This document shows, piece after piece, positions 11,901 through 20,790 of a DNA stretch of 64,000 bases. The notes below the pieces were generated by a model. It was not told where the DNA came from, did not search any database, and saw nothing but the letters and a program-made list of their open reading frames with translations. The position numbers were made by a program, and so were the translations under genes. The stretch is from a virus. Taxonomy: Duplodnaviria; Caudoviricetes. Each line of letters opens with the position of its first letter. Positions within the stretch are counted from its first letter, which is position 1. Where the stretch lies: positions 45,745 to 109,744 of the IMG/VR virus record IMGVR_UViG_3300028833_000098; one strand, 5' to 3'.

Positions 11901-14048
11901 GATGATTCTGGAAGCAACGTTCTCAGATATGTTGTTACATCTGCAGGTCCTCAGGGATCTACCGGTGACCAGGGTTATATAAACCCATTCACATATTGGC
12001 AGTTCAGAGCAATGTCAGATGACCTGATTGGTAACTCTGAAAAGGAGAAGATCTATAATTATCTCGTTAATCATTTCGGTATGAGTGAAGCTGGTGCAGC
12101 AGGTGTTATGGGTGTACTCTCAAATGAAGGTATGCTCGAACCTGAACCATACGCAGCTCAAATGGAAGGTATTTTCGGTAACAATAAGGCTGAAATGTCC
12201 AAGAAATATTCGACACTTGAAGCAATGAATGATTATACCGTCAATACGTTATTCCCCAACTATGAAAGAAATGGTGTTGGAATAAACAAGGGAGGTTATC
12301 TTTCTGACGGTAAATATCTCCCTGGTATCGGCCTTGCACAATGGACAGGTCCTCGTGCTCGAGCATTATATGACTTTGCTAAATCAAAGGGTATGAACTG
12401 GTATGATCTCCAGGCACAGCTTGACTTTATGGAAGCTGAAAAGTCCAGCACATTTAGTTCATTGATGACAATGCTCGGCAGTAAGACGATAAGTCCTAAA
12501 CAGGCTGCTGATGCATGGATGACTCAATACGAGGCTGGTGCATCAGGTACTAATCCATATGATTCATGGTTAAGTGCAACTCAGATCACTAACCGTGAAA
12601 ATGCTGCAGAAAATCTTTATCGTGAACTGTATGGTCATGTTGCAAATACTGCCGCTACTGCAAAACCAGATGATGACGGTGTCTATAGAGGAAAGTTCAT
12701 TGCATCTGCAACCAATCCTAATGCATTTTCAGGAGATGGTTATTTCTCTGCAAACGGCGGAGCAATATTGGCGGATTATGGTAAACCAACAATAACATCA
12801 GTAAATATTAACGGAAGCCCATCAGGTAACTCACCACTACATGAGTTCTTTAGTAAGACCGCCGGTGGTAAGGCAATGAGTGGTGAAGGAAACTGGTACA
12901 AACAGCGTAACTCTCCAAATAGTAAAGGTCAGGGTTCTTCTGGTGCTGACCATTACGGTATAGATTTCTGGTGGGATTCTAACACAGAAGGTAGAGAACT
13001 TCATGCAACAACCGGTGGTGTTGTTGATCAAGTACAAGGTGGCAATGCTTATAACGGTGGCTGCGGTAATAACATTCGTTGGTTGGATGATTCAGGTTAT
13101 CTACACTGGTATATGCATATGAAAGATACGCCAAAACTCAGTAGAGGTGCTAAAGTTTCTCCAGGTCAACTACTTGGATATGTTGGTAATACCGGTGATA
13201 GTAGTGGAGCTCATCTGCATTATAGTATCATCGATAATTCCAAATTTAACGGTTATTCAAGTTCACCTGGTAATGTGAATCCGTTGTTGTACTTCGGCAA
13301 TTATGATTCCGCAGGTCCACAGACAAATCCGAATAGTCGTGGTGGTTTGACATTCTTGTCTGGCGAAACAACACCTACATCTCAGGGATACATTGCGAGC
13401 GCAGTAACAAAGATGTTGGAAGCTCGTGATGCTGCAGATCCAGGTTTCGATATATGGAACGCTGCAAATTATATATCCAATACAGGTGAACCAAGGAATT
13501 TGGCATTATCTCAAATAGCATCATACTATAACAACGCAATTAGTACAGCCAATCTGGCAACAACAACTAGAAACAATCCCGGTTTTATGAGCTTATACGG
13601 TCCTAGTCGTTGGGATTTTGATAATGGTAAAACAATGTCAATGACAGATCTCAATGATATGCTTGCAGATTATATGTCTGGAAAGAAAAGACCTTTCACA
13701 AACTTCTTGTCGGCCCTTAAATCGGCAACAGGTTCAGGTGACATTATGCCTTCTTCTGACATACCACCAATTGATATTAACAAACTCATGGAAGATTCTT
13801 CCAATAATGGTTTCAACGCGATGCAGCAATACGTTAACAAGTACGACATTAAAACTGATGACTCACACACAACGGACATGTTGGATAAATTGAGTAGTAT
13901 GACGTTTAATGTCAGAGCTAAACGCGTAGAGGAACTTCTTGAAATATTGATAGCAAAGGTTGATGGTAACCGCGCTCCAGACGCACCACTTCCTGAGTTA
14001 TTCGATGAAGGAATTCCCGAAGCTGTTACGAGACTCTCTATGGGTTAA
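5949..14048 (+). CDS. Tape-measure-like tail protein with C39-like peptidase, phage-tail lysozyme and two M23 peptidase domains
   Basis: About 2700 aa; amphipathic TMP-like repeats (about 9650-10250); GCGPVALA...NHYV (C39-like); AGAAGVMG..NE...GIGLAQWTGPR (lysozyme); HYGID...YMHM...HLH (M23); ATG 5949 follows AAGGAGG. Confidence 0.8.
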   Translation: MARNLVTQTLNILQGGVKEAGKDYFSNMISFYNDAKNVKNTLINSGTDVSDTFARLKRTNVTKAISDWFYQEESSSEMELNGNTDEFDPGFKGSDSDSPKLDGESSKPSGLTVDAMMNISNKQTNAILKVGRRQNEQSVANTAEIISTIDTRSAEMITSLNNINKTLLGISSRLDKIIELQAVPLTDQKEIDKGGLYQDGNLSLMRIFEATKQNVLTTGPMSLLTTGIDMLRSGALTPTALAGIGIKGLAGKIKVNGKSFDDWGNAFNELIGTATQTAMNEMINSNFFQKYIGKITGFEGNKDYGTIVPNHYDNKRAVFDGMTRQSIVNVIPEMLAKINESLSGQSYSLDSRGKWVAGPAKNEFNEVTRASFGSSGLKDNTINSISNAGVQSIGKKIPTADIEKAAKALTMTIVMDQHAKGDRAFTISQLKGDLTNQVIQACEVLSMTGGDPKYWAKVCNSIIIQLSSGMMDAAGFVRNVNDSVQRMINEATQFAQSGKQNASQATTLSFNMAANQFLEQYAPKAETAKIAESHNKGTLIDGKNIRVDESNKVGKFSVNQYIGGIFYLLNRGINVRIDKDGSKYDGINLADVKPDSVPYVSDDTFGKMVKGMLAGNKNAVSDAVKEEMGVAKKEKGFISKILDNPAMLFNSLTNMFTGGSVNFQGLKDKAKSILGEERYNAIADKLSGVKDRITHDDRYIAAKLAAEETVEKLKNKGNELYDKFGHTRIGNNMMYAKDSLKLKAAEDTINHMKIDDEMDQEAVSIAKYYTSRGMLDEAASAVSGIKNENVKTAFLNFVSIQKKRLLGQQALAEGETPDIGSILIEKDIKEGKDGKPGTTNSLLFKILGIVGKIGKFVGNMATRGITNIFYGLKSMGQALFGYEDFDPVKGIKYKNKGIFRNLTTELVAAQWRTAKHIVNGISNRVFGEGDAEFVDGKLVNTKKKTLHERYNDKIDKLARTKNIVDENGFVIDSEESWLNKTAIGSYSREAKFVDGKFQGYELRKDTAMTYADTLKHPIEAVSKALGNFKQNLDFVGEKAVEGVKTAITEVSGFLKNLKTNIGKAWTGFKNTKVGNALTNNKITRGFFSGWNQAKQARLEKQQKKKKEEDRYEHPLQAEIVDSISPTEGQATGHKKKSIFHEIYEKLFGSKNDSVVSLLKKQVDFQEEEASENKNNTTDDESGKKKGIIERGKDFIASAKAKVTSMFSSEKDISPADGAVSGGGMLSHIGNTLGSMAKMFGGFLQMFAGVAELIGSIVMSLEGFQALRDLVKSILVDGLKPLNEVFYTIIDLIKPVTKVLTKIVKVIAETISTIANAIIDTISPIIEALEPIFDSLFKILSPILKVVTVILDVVLMPIKMILEVCQPLFEGIAYRVQAISGILEMGVGFLMSGLGKIITGIGFVADLLGKFLPGDDKEVDVTLGEVGLNIMNGADEMMDQGKQDFLEGIEGAWGKLLEFFTGTPYEGKSKEVISEAYGVPAKLGNDFGAGDVYTTNNYYGSGNPMDQHSYGNFMNMSNRGCGPVALADAYGRRSGNQVNPALLTGVMGASGTYDPSRGTSVSSMMAMGNAMGMGMRAGGVTAASLQQASPTNPITILGSGAGFGTRKGSNHYVNVVGSDKNGGTYVSNPLTGRIERHSTGNIVNNSKLGLYGSGDDSDLSEYGFSQDAQDSLNRLKEITNKLTGMFLGDDDSTTRAKNKKAVEHMKNTLKKEDYDAVETQVVAELKNRYPKYEDETDDEYEKRIRLKLVTPEGTKLLVSFGSDKMKNTVEGRIASQNEGINSMMEADKASREALSAAYDSFKSQLASSGVESVTGAEMAMFEPIIHLTPELTKQEANGRYISSPVHDFFNATSVEGKVGANRSGGAKGTVYSAGRGGWFGNYGGPQNDEGVGSTGKVHEGVLLHYLNDAGDGNAVARAITGGTVTYVTKDKEGAGNGLGNAVKWRDSGGMYHWYMHMASIDKDVQEGTNIEPGQLIGYFGKSGLSDDSGSNVLRYVVTSAGPQGSTGDQGYINPFTYWQFRAMSDDLIGNSEKEKIYNYLVNHFGMSEAGAAGVMGVLSNEGMLEPEPYAAQMEGIFGNNKAEMSKKYSTLEAMNDYTVNTLFPNYERNGVGINKGGYLSDGKYLPGIGLAQWTGPRARALYDFAKSKGMNWYDLQAQLDFMEAEKSSTFSSLMTMLGSKTISPKQAADAWMTQYEAGASGTNPYDSWLSATQITNRENAAENLYRELYGHVANTAATAKPDDDGVYRGKFIASATNPNAFSGDGYFSANGGAILADYGKPTITSVNINGSPSGNSPLHEFFSKTAGGKAMSGEGNWYKQRNSPNSKGQGSSGADHYGIDFWWDSNTEGRELHATTGGVVDQVQGGNAYNGGCGNNIRWLDDSGYLHWYMHMKDTPKLSRGAKVSPGQLLGYVGNTGDSSGAHLHYSIIDNSKFNGYSSSPGNVNPLLYFGNYDSAGPQTNPNSRGGLTFLSGETTPTSQGYIASAVTKMLEARDAADPGFDIWNAANYISNTGEPRNLALSQIASYYNNAISTANLATTTRNNPGFMSLYGPSRWDFDNGKTMSMTDLNDMLADYMSGKKRPFTNFLSALKSATGSGDIMPSSDIPPIDINKLMEDSSNNGFNAMQQYVNKYDIKTDDSHTTDMLDKLSSMTFNVRAKRVEELLEILIAKVDGNRAPDAPLPELFDEGIPEAVTRLSMG

Positions 14049-14055
14049 TATAAAA

Positions 14056-14087
14056 AAATATTGCCGGGGATTACCCCGGCAATATTT
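14056..14087. terminator. Bidirectional intrinsic terminator
   Basis: AAATATTGCCGGGG-ATTA-CCCCGGCAATATTT between convergent genes. Confidence 0.85.
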
Positions 14088-14114
14088 CTATTTTACATTG
14101 TCCCGGCATTTAAT

Positions 14115-14315
14115 TTAGTAAAAGTTCCACCCATTGTTTCGGGCCACATTTACTATCTCTTGGGCCTCTTCAAGGGTGAAGTATTTTTCCCAACCATACA
14201 TTTCAGCGATCCAATCGCTTACGACCTGTTCGGGGACCTCGCGGAACTCCTCCCATTCGTAAGCGCTCTGGATCATCCTTGCTACCTCGGGGATACTATA
14301 CAACTTTTCTGACAT
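14115..14315 (-). CDS. Small hypothetical protein (putative early gene)
   Basis: 66 aa; SD AAGGAGG; downstream of repeated promoter element. Confidence 0.65.
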   Translation of the reverse strand: MSEKLYSIPEVARMIQSAYEWEEFREVPEQVVSDWIAEMYGWEKYFTLEEAQEIVNVARNNGWNFY

Positions 14316-14324
14316 AATTCCTCC

Positions 14325-14588
14325 TTACCAAGTTCCGTTGACATTTAATCCTATTTCTGCGGTGTGCTGTGCTGCTATCTCTTCTCGCCAGAACAATGCA
14401 TCATCTACTAGGTATTTGTACATGTAGGTTTGTGTATAGTGAATCTCATAACATACGTCTGGTTCATTCTTAAATATATACCTTATTCTGTCTTTCAATG
14501 TGTCAGCCTTCAGCACGTCTTCGGTTCTTCTGATTTTTGATAACTTTTTGTCATAAAATTCCTGTGGTTTCATATTCACTGTTCTCAT
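14325..14588 (-). CDS. Small hypothetical protein (putative early gene)
   Basis: Start moved to ATG 14588 (MRTVNM, 87 aa) after SD AAAGGAG; the longer ORF would overlap a promoter and a terminator. Confidence 0.65.
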   Translation of the reverse strand: MRTVNMKPQEFYDKKLSKIRRTEDVLKADTLKDRIRYIFKNEPDVCYEIHYTQTYMYKYLVDDALFWREEIAAQHTAEIGLNVNGTW

Positions 14589-14637
14589 AATTTTCTCCTT
14601 TCTCTCCATTAAGGAGTTTCGTAAATGGTTTATTTTC

Positions 14638-14691
14638 TTATCATAGTAATAATATATATGTAGAACTTTAGAATCCTGAAGGGTAGCATAG
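14638..14691 (-). promoter_or_regulatory. Putative phage early promoter element, copy A
   Basis: CTATGCTACC-N16-TTCTACATATATATTATTACTATGATAA; 28-mer identical to 51949-51976; core resembles the phiKZ early motif TATATTAC. Confidence 0.7.
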
Positions 14692-14714
14692 AAAAAAAAT
14701 AACTTATGCATACA

Positions 14715-14733
14715 GGTGGGGCCAAGCCCCACC
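14715..14733 (-). terminator. Intrinsic terminator
   Basis: GGTGGGGC-CAA-GCCCCACC with a downstream T-run on the minus strand. Confidence 0.7.
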
Positions 14734-14798
14734 CATACACACAAAATGGAGATAAAACTATGGGACCCAACGCACAAAGGTCCTAAGTCGTTAGAGGA

Positions 14799-15224
14799 TT
14801 ACTTCTTGAAAGCGTCTCTCTTGATCTTGAGCTTGGGCTCTTCATGAGCCTTAGTTGTCGACTTGTACTCCTTACCCTTATTGGGTCCATCGATTGTAAT
14901 GATGCCCTTTGAAACCTTCTCAGGTACCTTAACAACCTTGAGAGTTGCAGGAGCTGTCTTATCGTCAGCTGCAGGAATGTCGAAAGCTCTCTGTTCATCA
15001 TGCATAAAGCCGGATACGAACTCGGGGATCTGAGTTACGGTGTTTGTGATATCGGGAGTCATCTCATCAAGAATACCGATCTCATCCTTTGACGGATATC
15101 CTGCCTTTGCATAGAACTTCTTTGCATCCTGAACGAATGCATGCTGAAGATTTGCAGCAGGTGTTGCTGTGCTGTTGCCATAGTTAGCAAAAGCTGCGAA
15201 TGAAAAGCCTTTAGTAGTTGCCAT
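14799..15224 (-). CDS. Putative HU-like DNA-binding protein
   Basis: 141 aa; biased codons; basic C-terminal arm (KVPEKVSKG...NKGKEYKSTTKAHEEPKLK) reminiscent of the HU/IHF beta-arm. Confidence 0.35.
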   Translation of the reverse strand: MATTKGFSFAAFANYGNSTATPAANLQHAFVQDAKKFYAKAGYPSKDEIGILDEMTPDITNTVTQIPEFVSGFMHDEQRAFDIPAADDKTAPATLKVVKVPEKVSKGIITIDGPNKGKEYKSTTKAHEEPKLKIKRDAFKK

Positions 15225-15318
15225 TTTAATTTCCTCCTTGGATTTTAATTGTATTTATTTCAAGAGATTATATCTCTTGCTACCGATGAAACTATATGTG
15301 TTTTTAAAATTAAAAATT

Positions 15319-15510
15319 TTATCCACCAATCAGTCCATCTATTACACCGACAAGTCCACTGACTTGCTCTTCTGTTAAAGGCTGACGTGTGGTTATATCT
15401 ATACATGTGAAACCTTTACCAAGAAGATTCAATACCTCTGATGGTGTGGCAGTTGGTAGTTCACCTACCTTTTTACCACATGCATCAAGTATTACTATAG
15501 AATATGTCAT
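15319..15510 (-). CDS. Small hypothetical protein
   Basis: ATG 15510 after SD AAAGGAG. Confidence 0.55.
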   Translation of the reverse strand: MTYSIVILDACGKKVGELPTATPSEVLNLLGKGFTCIDITTRQPLTEEQVSGLVGVIDGLIGG

Positions 15511-15563
15511 GGTAACAATTTCTCCTTTCGTTGTACTCACATTTCTTTTATTTTGTTCTCTTT

Positions 15564-15977
15564 TTATTTATATATATCTATGATGGTTTTAATCCATCCA
15601 TAAGTTATGTCCAAAGGTAACTCAAACGGTATATCACAATCAAGTGACATGATAATGTTATTATATGACATTTTGTTCTTGTTACAAACGATGTCATCTA
15701 TGTATGCTGATAATGTTTCCAAAATGTTATCATCACACGATAGTTTATTATATGTTACACAACATGGGTTTGGTTCATATAATATTTTTATCTCATATAG
15801 TTCTTCCGTATGAAATATATTTACATATTCATTGTATATTCTATTTGACATATCAATGTACAGTTCGTCAATATGTTTTATTATTACATCTTCATCAAAA
15901 ATGGCTTTTCTGTACATTATATGAAATTGTATGAGTGTGTTTATTATTAGTGGTAAAGCTTCTTTTATATTTATCAT
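15564..15977 (-). CDS. Hypothetical protein
   Basis: ATG 15977 after SD AAAGGAGGTG; very AT-rich. Confidence 0.55.
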   Translation of the reverse strand: MINIKEALPLIINTLIQFHIMYRKAIFDEDVIIKHIDELYIDMSNRIYNEYVNIFHTEELYEIKILYEPNPCCVTYNKLSCDDNILETLSAYIDDIVCNKNKMSYNNIIMSLDCDIPFELPLDITYGWIKTIIDIYK

Positions 15978-16032
15978 ATCAGCATACACCTCCTTTCCGG
16001 AGAATAATATATTTTTGTTAATTATAATTAAA

Positions 16033-16062
16033 TGTATATGCCGGGATATCCCGGCATATACA
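16033..16062 (-). terminator. Perfect 30-bp palindrome, probable terminator
   Basis: TGTATATGCCGGGATATCCCGGCATATACA just after the stop of 16076..17125. Confidence 0.7.
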
Positions 16063-16075
16063 AAATAATTATTCA

Positions 16076-17125
16076 TTAGAAATCGAGATCATCACGTTTA
16101 TTATCGGATGTATCTACTGTTGATGAACTATCAGGAAGATCCTTATCGCCACTATTTGTAGTGCCGTTATTACCACCTGACTTTGAGGAAGTGTTGGATG
16201 TGGATTTTTCATCATCTTCATCATCCTCAGATCCTTTATTTGCGCGTGTATCATAGTGATCGATCTTGGCTTTAAGATTTTTCATCTTAATATTGTACTT
16301 ATCGATCATCTTTGTGTATCTATGTTCGATACGTTTCTTGCGCTGGGTTGCGGGAATCTTCTTATATTCATCATAAGCTTTCTTTGCAGCTTCATACTCC
16401 TTGGAGATCTTCTCATATTGTTCGATCTTCTTATCATATGATCTGGAAAGGCATGCTGATATAAGTGATATAGGATTCAGCGAAGCAGCTGTTCTGAACA
16501 CACCATTCAAAATACCGAATACACCTTCGATTACACCGACAACTGTATCTGCTGCTGCAGTAACAATACCAACTGATGCAGCTTCCTGAGTAATTGCATC
16601 GCCTTTTGGAGTAATGGGTTTATTCTTCTTAACAGCAGCTGCTGCCTTCTCATACATCTTCAATACTTTCTGATCATAATCTTTTCCGTTTTTAGTTATG
16701 AACTCGAAACGAACCTTGTCATCATCAGAAAGATTGGTTGGTTCCTCATATACGAGACCATTTTCTGTTGCCTTTGTGTAAGTGAAGATTGTCATCATTA
16801 CTGATATCATGATGCGTATTCCGTTTGTAAAACATACCGCATATGCAGTATTCTTGTCATTCGGTTTAGCCATGTATTCACCTATCATTTTCTTCCATAT
16901 AGGTTTATGCAATGATGCGAACATATCCTTTACACCGGTGATAACTTTTGTTGGTGCATTTTTAACACCATCACCAAGAGTCTTGACATCTTTTGATATA
17001 ATATCATAACAAGGATGTTTGGTGATATCACCTTTCATCTTGTATTCATCACCGCTCTTGTTTTTGTATGTTCTTTTAACATTCTTCAATGTTATCTCAG
17101 TATACTTTTTGAACTTTTCATACAT
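16076..17125 (-). CDS. Putative virion (head) protein
   Basis: 349 aa; ITQE-A motif then hydrophobic segment and coiled coil; co-transcribed with structural genes. Confidence 0.45.
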   Translation of the reverse strand: MYEKFKKYTEITLKNVKRTYKNKSGDEYKMKGDITKHPCYDIISKDVKTLGDGVKNAPTKVITGVKDMFASLHKPIWKKMIGEYMAKPNDKNTAYAVCFTNGIRIMISVMMTIFTYTKATENGLVYEEPTNLSDDDKVRFEFITKNGKDYDQKVLKMYEKAAAAVKKNKPITPKGDAITQEAASVGIVTAAADTVVGVIEGVFGILNGVFRTAASLNPISLISACLSRSYDKKIEQYEKISKEYEAAKKAYDEYKKIPATQRKKRIEHRYTKMIDKYNIKMKNLKAKIDHYDTRANKGSEDDEDDEKSTSNTSSKSGGNNGTTNSGDKDLPDSSSTVDTSDNKRDDLDF

Positions 17126-17146
17126 GATATTCTTACCCTCCCTTCA

Positions 17147-18862
17147 TCAAGCACCAAGCATCTTGAATACATCACGAGTCTTGGTACCAACAGTATCAAG
17201 TGTTGCAAGCTGTTTGTTTACAGCCGCAAGTGAATGTACATCATAGTCGCTATTCATATCAGGAAGGAGAATCTTAATGGATTCACGATCTGTATCAATG
17301 ATAATGAGTGACATGAGGAACAGTTCACCACAGAACTTCTTTGCTGCAGAAGGTTTGAGCAGATCAATATCTGTCTGAGCCTTGATGTTATCAACGTCAG
17401 TCTGTGTCATTATGATAGAAGCATTAGGGATCATACCATTCTGGAGATCACCTTTACCCTGCTTATCCTTAATAAATACTTTGAATAGTGATTTTCCCTG
17501 AACAACAGCAGCAGCAGGAGCATCACCCTTCATATGCGCAAGTTCATATAGACGACGATACCACTTTCTATTGGGATCACGTGAATCAGCAGCAGTCTGT
17601 TTCTTTTCCTTTATACGGAATACGAGATCCTTCAAGAACTTCAGTTCTCCTGCACGCCATTTAACCTTTCTGGAAATCTTATCCATTTCCTTAAGAGGAT
17701 ACTTGGCAACTTCAGGAAGAATTGAAGACTGTACCATACGAGTATGACACTTAACTCCGACAACATACTCGATAGGCTGGAGGGAATCATCCTTATTGAG
17801 CATATTGAGAGTTACCTTCATCAACAAGGGTTTCATAGTGTTCATCTTTTCACACAGCTTATCATTTACATATGATATGTTAGTGGTCTTAACACTCTGA
17901 AGAGCCTTTGTCTTTTCAAGAGAAAGATTGTCAGCCTTCCACTGGTCAACCTTTGTCTTTGCTTTAGCCTGTTTGATTCTATCGCCGGTTGTTGCGATGG
18001 TTTGGATTGAATTCGCAATATCACCAGGTGCCTTTGCAAGGTTATCGATTCCACTAGCTATTTGGTTGAATGCCTGTGAACGAGCTACGGGATGAGCCAT
18101 ATCGATTGTTCTTGCATCATGTGCCGATGGTCCTTCCAATCCATGATCAGTTGTATAATTCATATATGTCATGAATGCATTTTCAGGACCATTTCCGACA
18201 TCAACCTGATGACCGTTCAACATATTGAACAGCTGCTGACGTGTACCATATTGGATATCACCATTGGCATCAGTTTGGAATCTCCAAGGTATTTCAGGAT
18301 CGCCATTGGCATCCAGTACAGGAAGAGGATACTGAGGTACAAGATCATTGACGGGTGCTTCCTGGAAGTAATGACTGAACTCTGACATTGGTTCATAGTC
18401 ATATGCTTCATTGATAACCTTGGCATCCTTGTCTTCAATGGACAGAAGATCAAATTCAACCTTACAGTCCTCATTTATATATTCGGCATGACAAACATCA
18501 TGCTGGTAAGTTGTATCTGTGTATTCGAGATACTTGTTTGTATTTGTTTTATAATCAGCAAACTGCATACCGCGTTTTACTGAATCAGCATCAATAACGG
18601 GATTAATGCTTATAGCCATCTGGAGATATGTTGCATAAACCTGTTCAAGCAATGATACAGTTGCTGTTGCATAGTCCATTGGAATTGTATTCGATACAAA
18701 TACAGGAAACTCAAATAGATTTCCCTGTGCAGCTTTGACTATAGAACCTTTACGCTTGCTCTTTCTGAACTTTGAAGTTGCAGTGTCGACACGGTTTATA
18801 TAGCCAACAGCTTCATCGTTAGCGGTAGCAAATCTTGATAAAACATCTACATCTTTTGCCAT
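17147..18862 (-). CDS. Putative virion (head) structural protein
   Basis: About 571 aa; YFQE-A motif; FEFPVFVS and EYVVGVKC motifs resemble AR9-like virion proteins. Confidence 0.5.
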   Translation of the reverse strand: MAKDVDVLSRFATANDEAVGYINRVDTATSKFRKSKRKGSIVKAAQGNLFEFPVFVSNTIPMDYATATVSLLEQVYATYLQMAISINPVIDADSVKRGMQFADYKTNTNKYLEYTDTTYQHDVCHAEYINEDCKVEFDLLSIEDKDAKVINEAYDYEPMSEFSHYFQEAPVNDLVPQYPLPVLDANGDPEIPWRFQTDANGDIQYGTRQQLFNMLNGHQVDVGNGPENAFMTYMNYTTDHGLEGPSAHDARTIDMAHPVARSQAFNQIASGIDNLAKAPGDIANSIQTIATTGDRIKQAKAKTKVDQWKADNLSLEKTKALQSVKTTNISYVNDKLCEKMNTMKPLLMKVTLNMLNKDDSLQPIEYVVGVKCHTRMVQSSILPEVAKYPLKEMDKISRKVKWRAGELKFLKDLVFRIKEKKQTAADSRDPNRKWYRRLYELAHMKGDAPAAAVVQGKSLFKVFIKDKQGKGDLQNGMIPNASIIMTQTDVDNIKAQTDIDLLKPSAAKKFCGELFLMSLIIIDTDRESIKILLPDMNSDYDVHSLAAVNKQLATLDTVGTKTRDVFKMLGA

Positions 18863-18878
18863 TATATACACTACCTTT

Positions 18879-19454
18879 CTATTTTATTTTATTTAAACGC
18901 ATAACGTTTCTGATTGAATCAGGCATTTCTTCCATATAAGTTATCGTTATCTCATATCTCGGATTACAAGAATAATACTTATTGGATATGGATTCAATTA
19001 TCAAGCAGTCGTTTTCCATGATTCCAACATGACCACGTTTTTCATTCGGTTGTAACATATCGTAGATCGCTTTGTCGTAGTTATCAACATCACCAGTATT
19101 TACCCATGGACGAAGTATTCCCATCTCAGCCAATATGGTTTGTGTTTTGGTAAATGAAACAGGTGTCTTACAAAAAATATTAGATTCAATCTTACACGGT
19201 GTATCAATGAATAAACCGTGTAGCAACGGTCTAACCTTTTTGTCAAAGAAAGATTGGTTCTTTGCAGCACCTGGTACGTAAACACGATAGCCACACAAAC
19301 GTGGACGGTGTGATGGTACCGGAATCATAGGAATAGTAAACTTCACTTTTTTCCATTTGATGTTTGTATATACCGCCAAGATTGACGATACGTTTTGTTG
19401 TACAGAAGTAGAGGCACTCTTTACGAGTGCCTCAACCGTTTCTTTATTATGCAT
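18879..19454 (-). CDS. rusA: RusA-like Holliday junction resolvase
   Basis: PVPSHRPR N-terminal motif, catalytic-like GDVDNYDKAIYD, ENDCLI, KYYSCNPRYEITI. Confidence 0.8.
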   Translation of the reverse strand: MHNKETVEALVKSASTSVQQNVSSILAVYTNIKWKKVKFTIPMIPVPSHRPRLCGYRVYVPGAAKNQSFFDKKVRPLLHGLFIDTPCKIESNIFCKTPVSFTKTQTILAEMGILRPWVNTGDVDNYDKAIYDMLQPNEKRGHVGIMENDCLIIESISNKYYSCNPRYEITITYMEEMPDSIRNVMRLNKIK

Positions 19455-19465
19455 AATTACTCCTA

Positions 19466-20770
19466 TTAGTTAGCATAGATGCGATAGCTGAAGATGATTT
19501 TCAGATTAGACTGAAGAGGTATTGATTTGAAAGTGTAATATGTAACCAGCTTTATTCTTTGTGCTTCATCAACAGTGAGTGATGAAAATGCTTCATCACT
19601 AAGCAGGTTGATATAGTTGTCAGTCTCATATACATATGTCTGACTCTGGTTATACATTGCTGCAACCTTTATATTCTCTTTAGAGGAAAGCTCCTCCTTT
19701 ATTGTATCATAATCAATTGAACCAACGGATGATGTTACAACACCATCGATCGTTTCAATGAACGCATCTATATTTGCCTGTCCCTTGTTCTTAAGTGTTG
19801 CTGATAATACTGTAGAGATCTCTCTAGCAAGATCGATAACTTCAGTATCATATGCCTCGGTTGTTGTCTGAGGAGCACCGAATACCATGTTCAAGAATTT
19901 CTTGATATGTGTATCATACAACCTTTCAGCGATTGATCTATCACCAGGAATGACATCGAATGCAACAAGACCGAGTTCATTTACAACTGCGGATTGTGTA
20001 TTTCCTTCATTTTCGAAGTATCCTATACAATCACCATTTTTAGTATCAATTGATAATGTAACTTCAGCATATGTTTCAATACGATTTGTCTTTGGTGTTG
20101 CCGAAGGTGCAGGACCGAGATCAGACTGTGTGATGGGATCAATGTAATCCCATCTTTGTCCATCTTTCCACCAGTTATGGAAGACATGTGCACGTTCATC
20201 GAATTTCTTGATGTAGTACTTCTTGTCACCATCATATCTGAATACACCGAGATATTTTCCAGCCAGTGAAGGATCAAGTGAATCAGTTGTCTGTTGGAAA
20301 GGTATTGGATTACGAAGTTTGGTAAAACAGTAGTTGGTGTTCTTTGTTGATATTGAATCTTCTCCAGAACCACCATTACCAACTAAGAAACCCTGAATGA
20401 AATGGTCTGCTGTGATATCACCAACCATTGGTGTATATCCACCGGCGTCTGTTGCAGCTTCAGGGTCTCTTCCTATACCAAGACCGAGAGGCAGATTTGA
20501 ATTCAGATCAGGTATAACCACAGATGTGTCCTGACCAATATCTTCATATGAGGATGATGGATCATGTTTAGAATCAAGATGAAGACCAAACATTTTCATC
20601 AGTATCCACTGCATACCTGATATCGGGATTATATTATCGCCTTCATCCCAAAGAGATCTCTTCTTTGTGACAGGATCTTCGATCTCAATCTTTATGTGTC
20701 CTCTAAGTCCTATGTGATTTTCTTTATCTTTGAAAGATAATGAGTCATCAATATGAAACATATTGTCCAT
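19466..20770 (-). CDS. Baseplate / tail-fibre attachment protein
   Basis: GHIKIEI..NII, GFLVGNGG, VNELGL and terminal IIFSYRIY, typical of myovirus baseplate-fibre connectors. Confidence 0.5.
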   Translation of the reverse strand: MDNMFHIDDSLSFKDKENHIGLRGHIKIEIEDPVTKKRSLWDEGDNIIPISGMQWILMKMFGLHLDSKHDPSSSYEDIGQDTSVVIPDLNSNLPLGLGIGRDPEAATDAGGYTPMVGDITADHFIQGFLVGNGGSGEDSISTKNTNYCFTKLRNPIPFQQTTDSLDPSLAGKYLGVFRYDGDKKYYIKKFDERAHVFHNWWKDGQRWDYIDPITQSDLGPAPSATPKTNRIETYAEVTLSIDTKNGDCIGYFENEGNTQSAVVNELGLVAFDVIPGDRSIAERLYDTHIKKFLNMVFGAPQTTTEAYDTEVIDLAREISTVLSATLKNKGQANIDAFIETIDGVVTSSVGSIDYDTIKEELSSKENIKVAAMYNQSQTYVYETDNYINLLSDEAFSSLTVDEAQRIKLVTYYTFKSIPLQSNLKIIFSYRIYAN

Positions 20771-20790
20771 TTATTATAACCTCCTTATGT

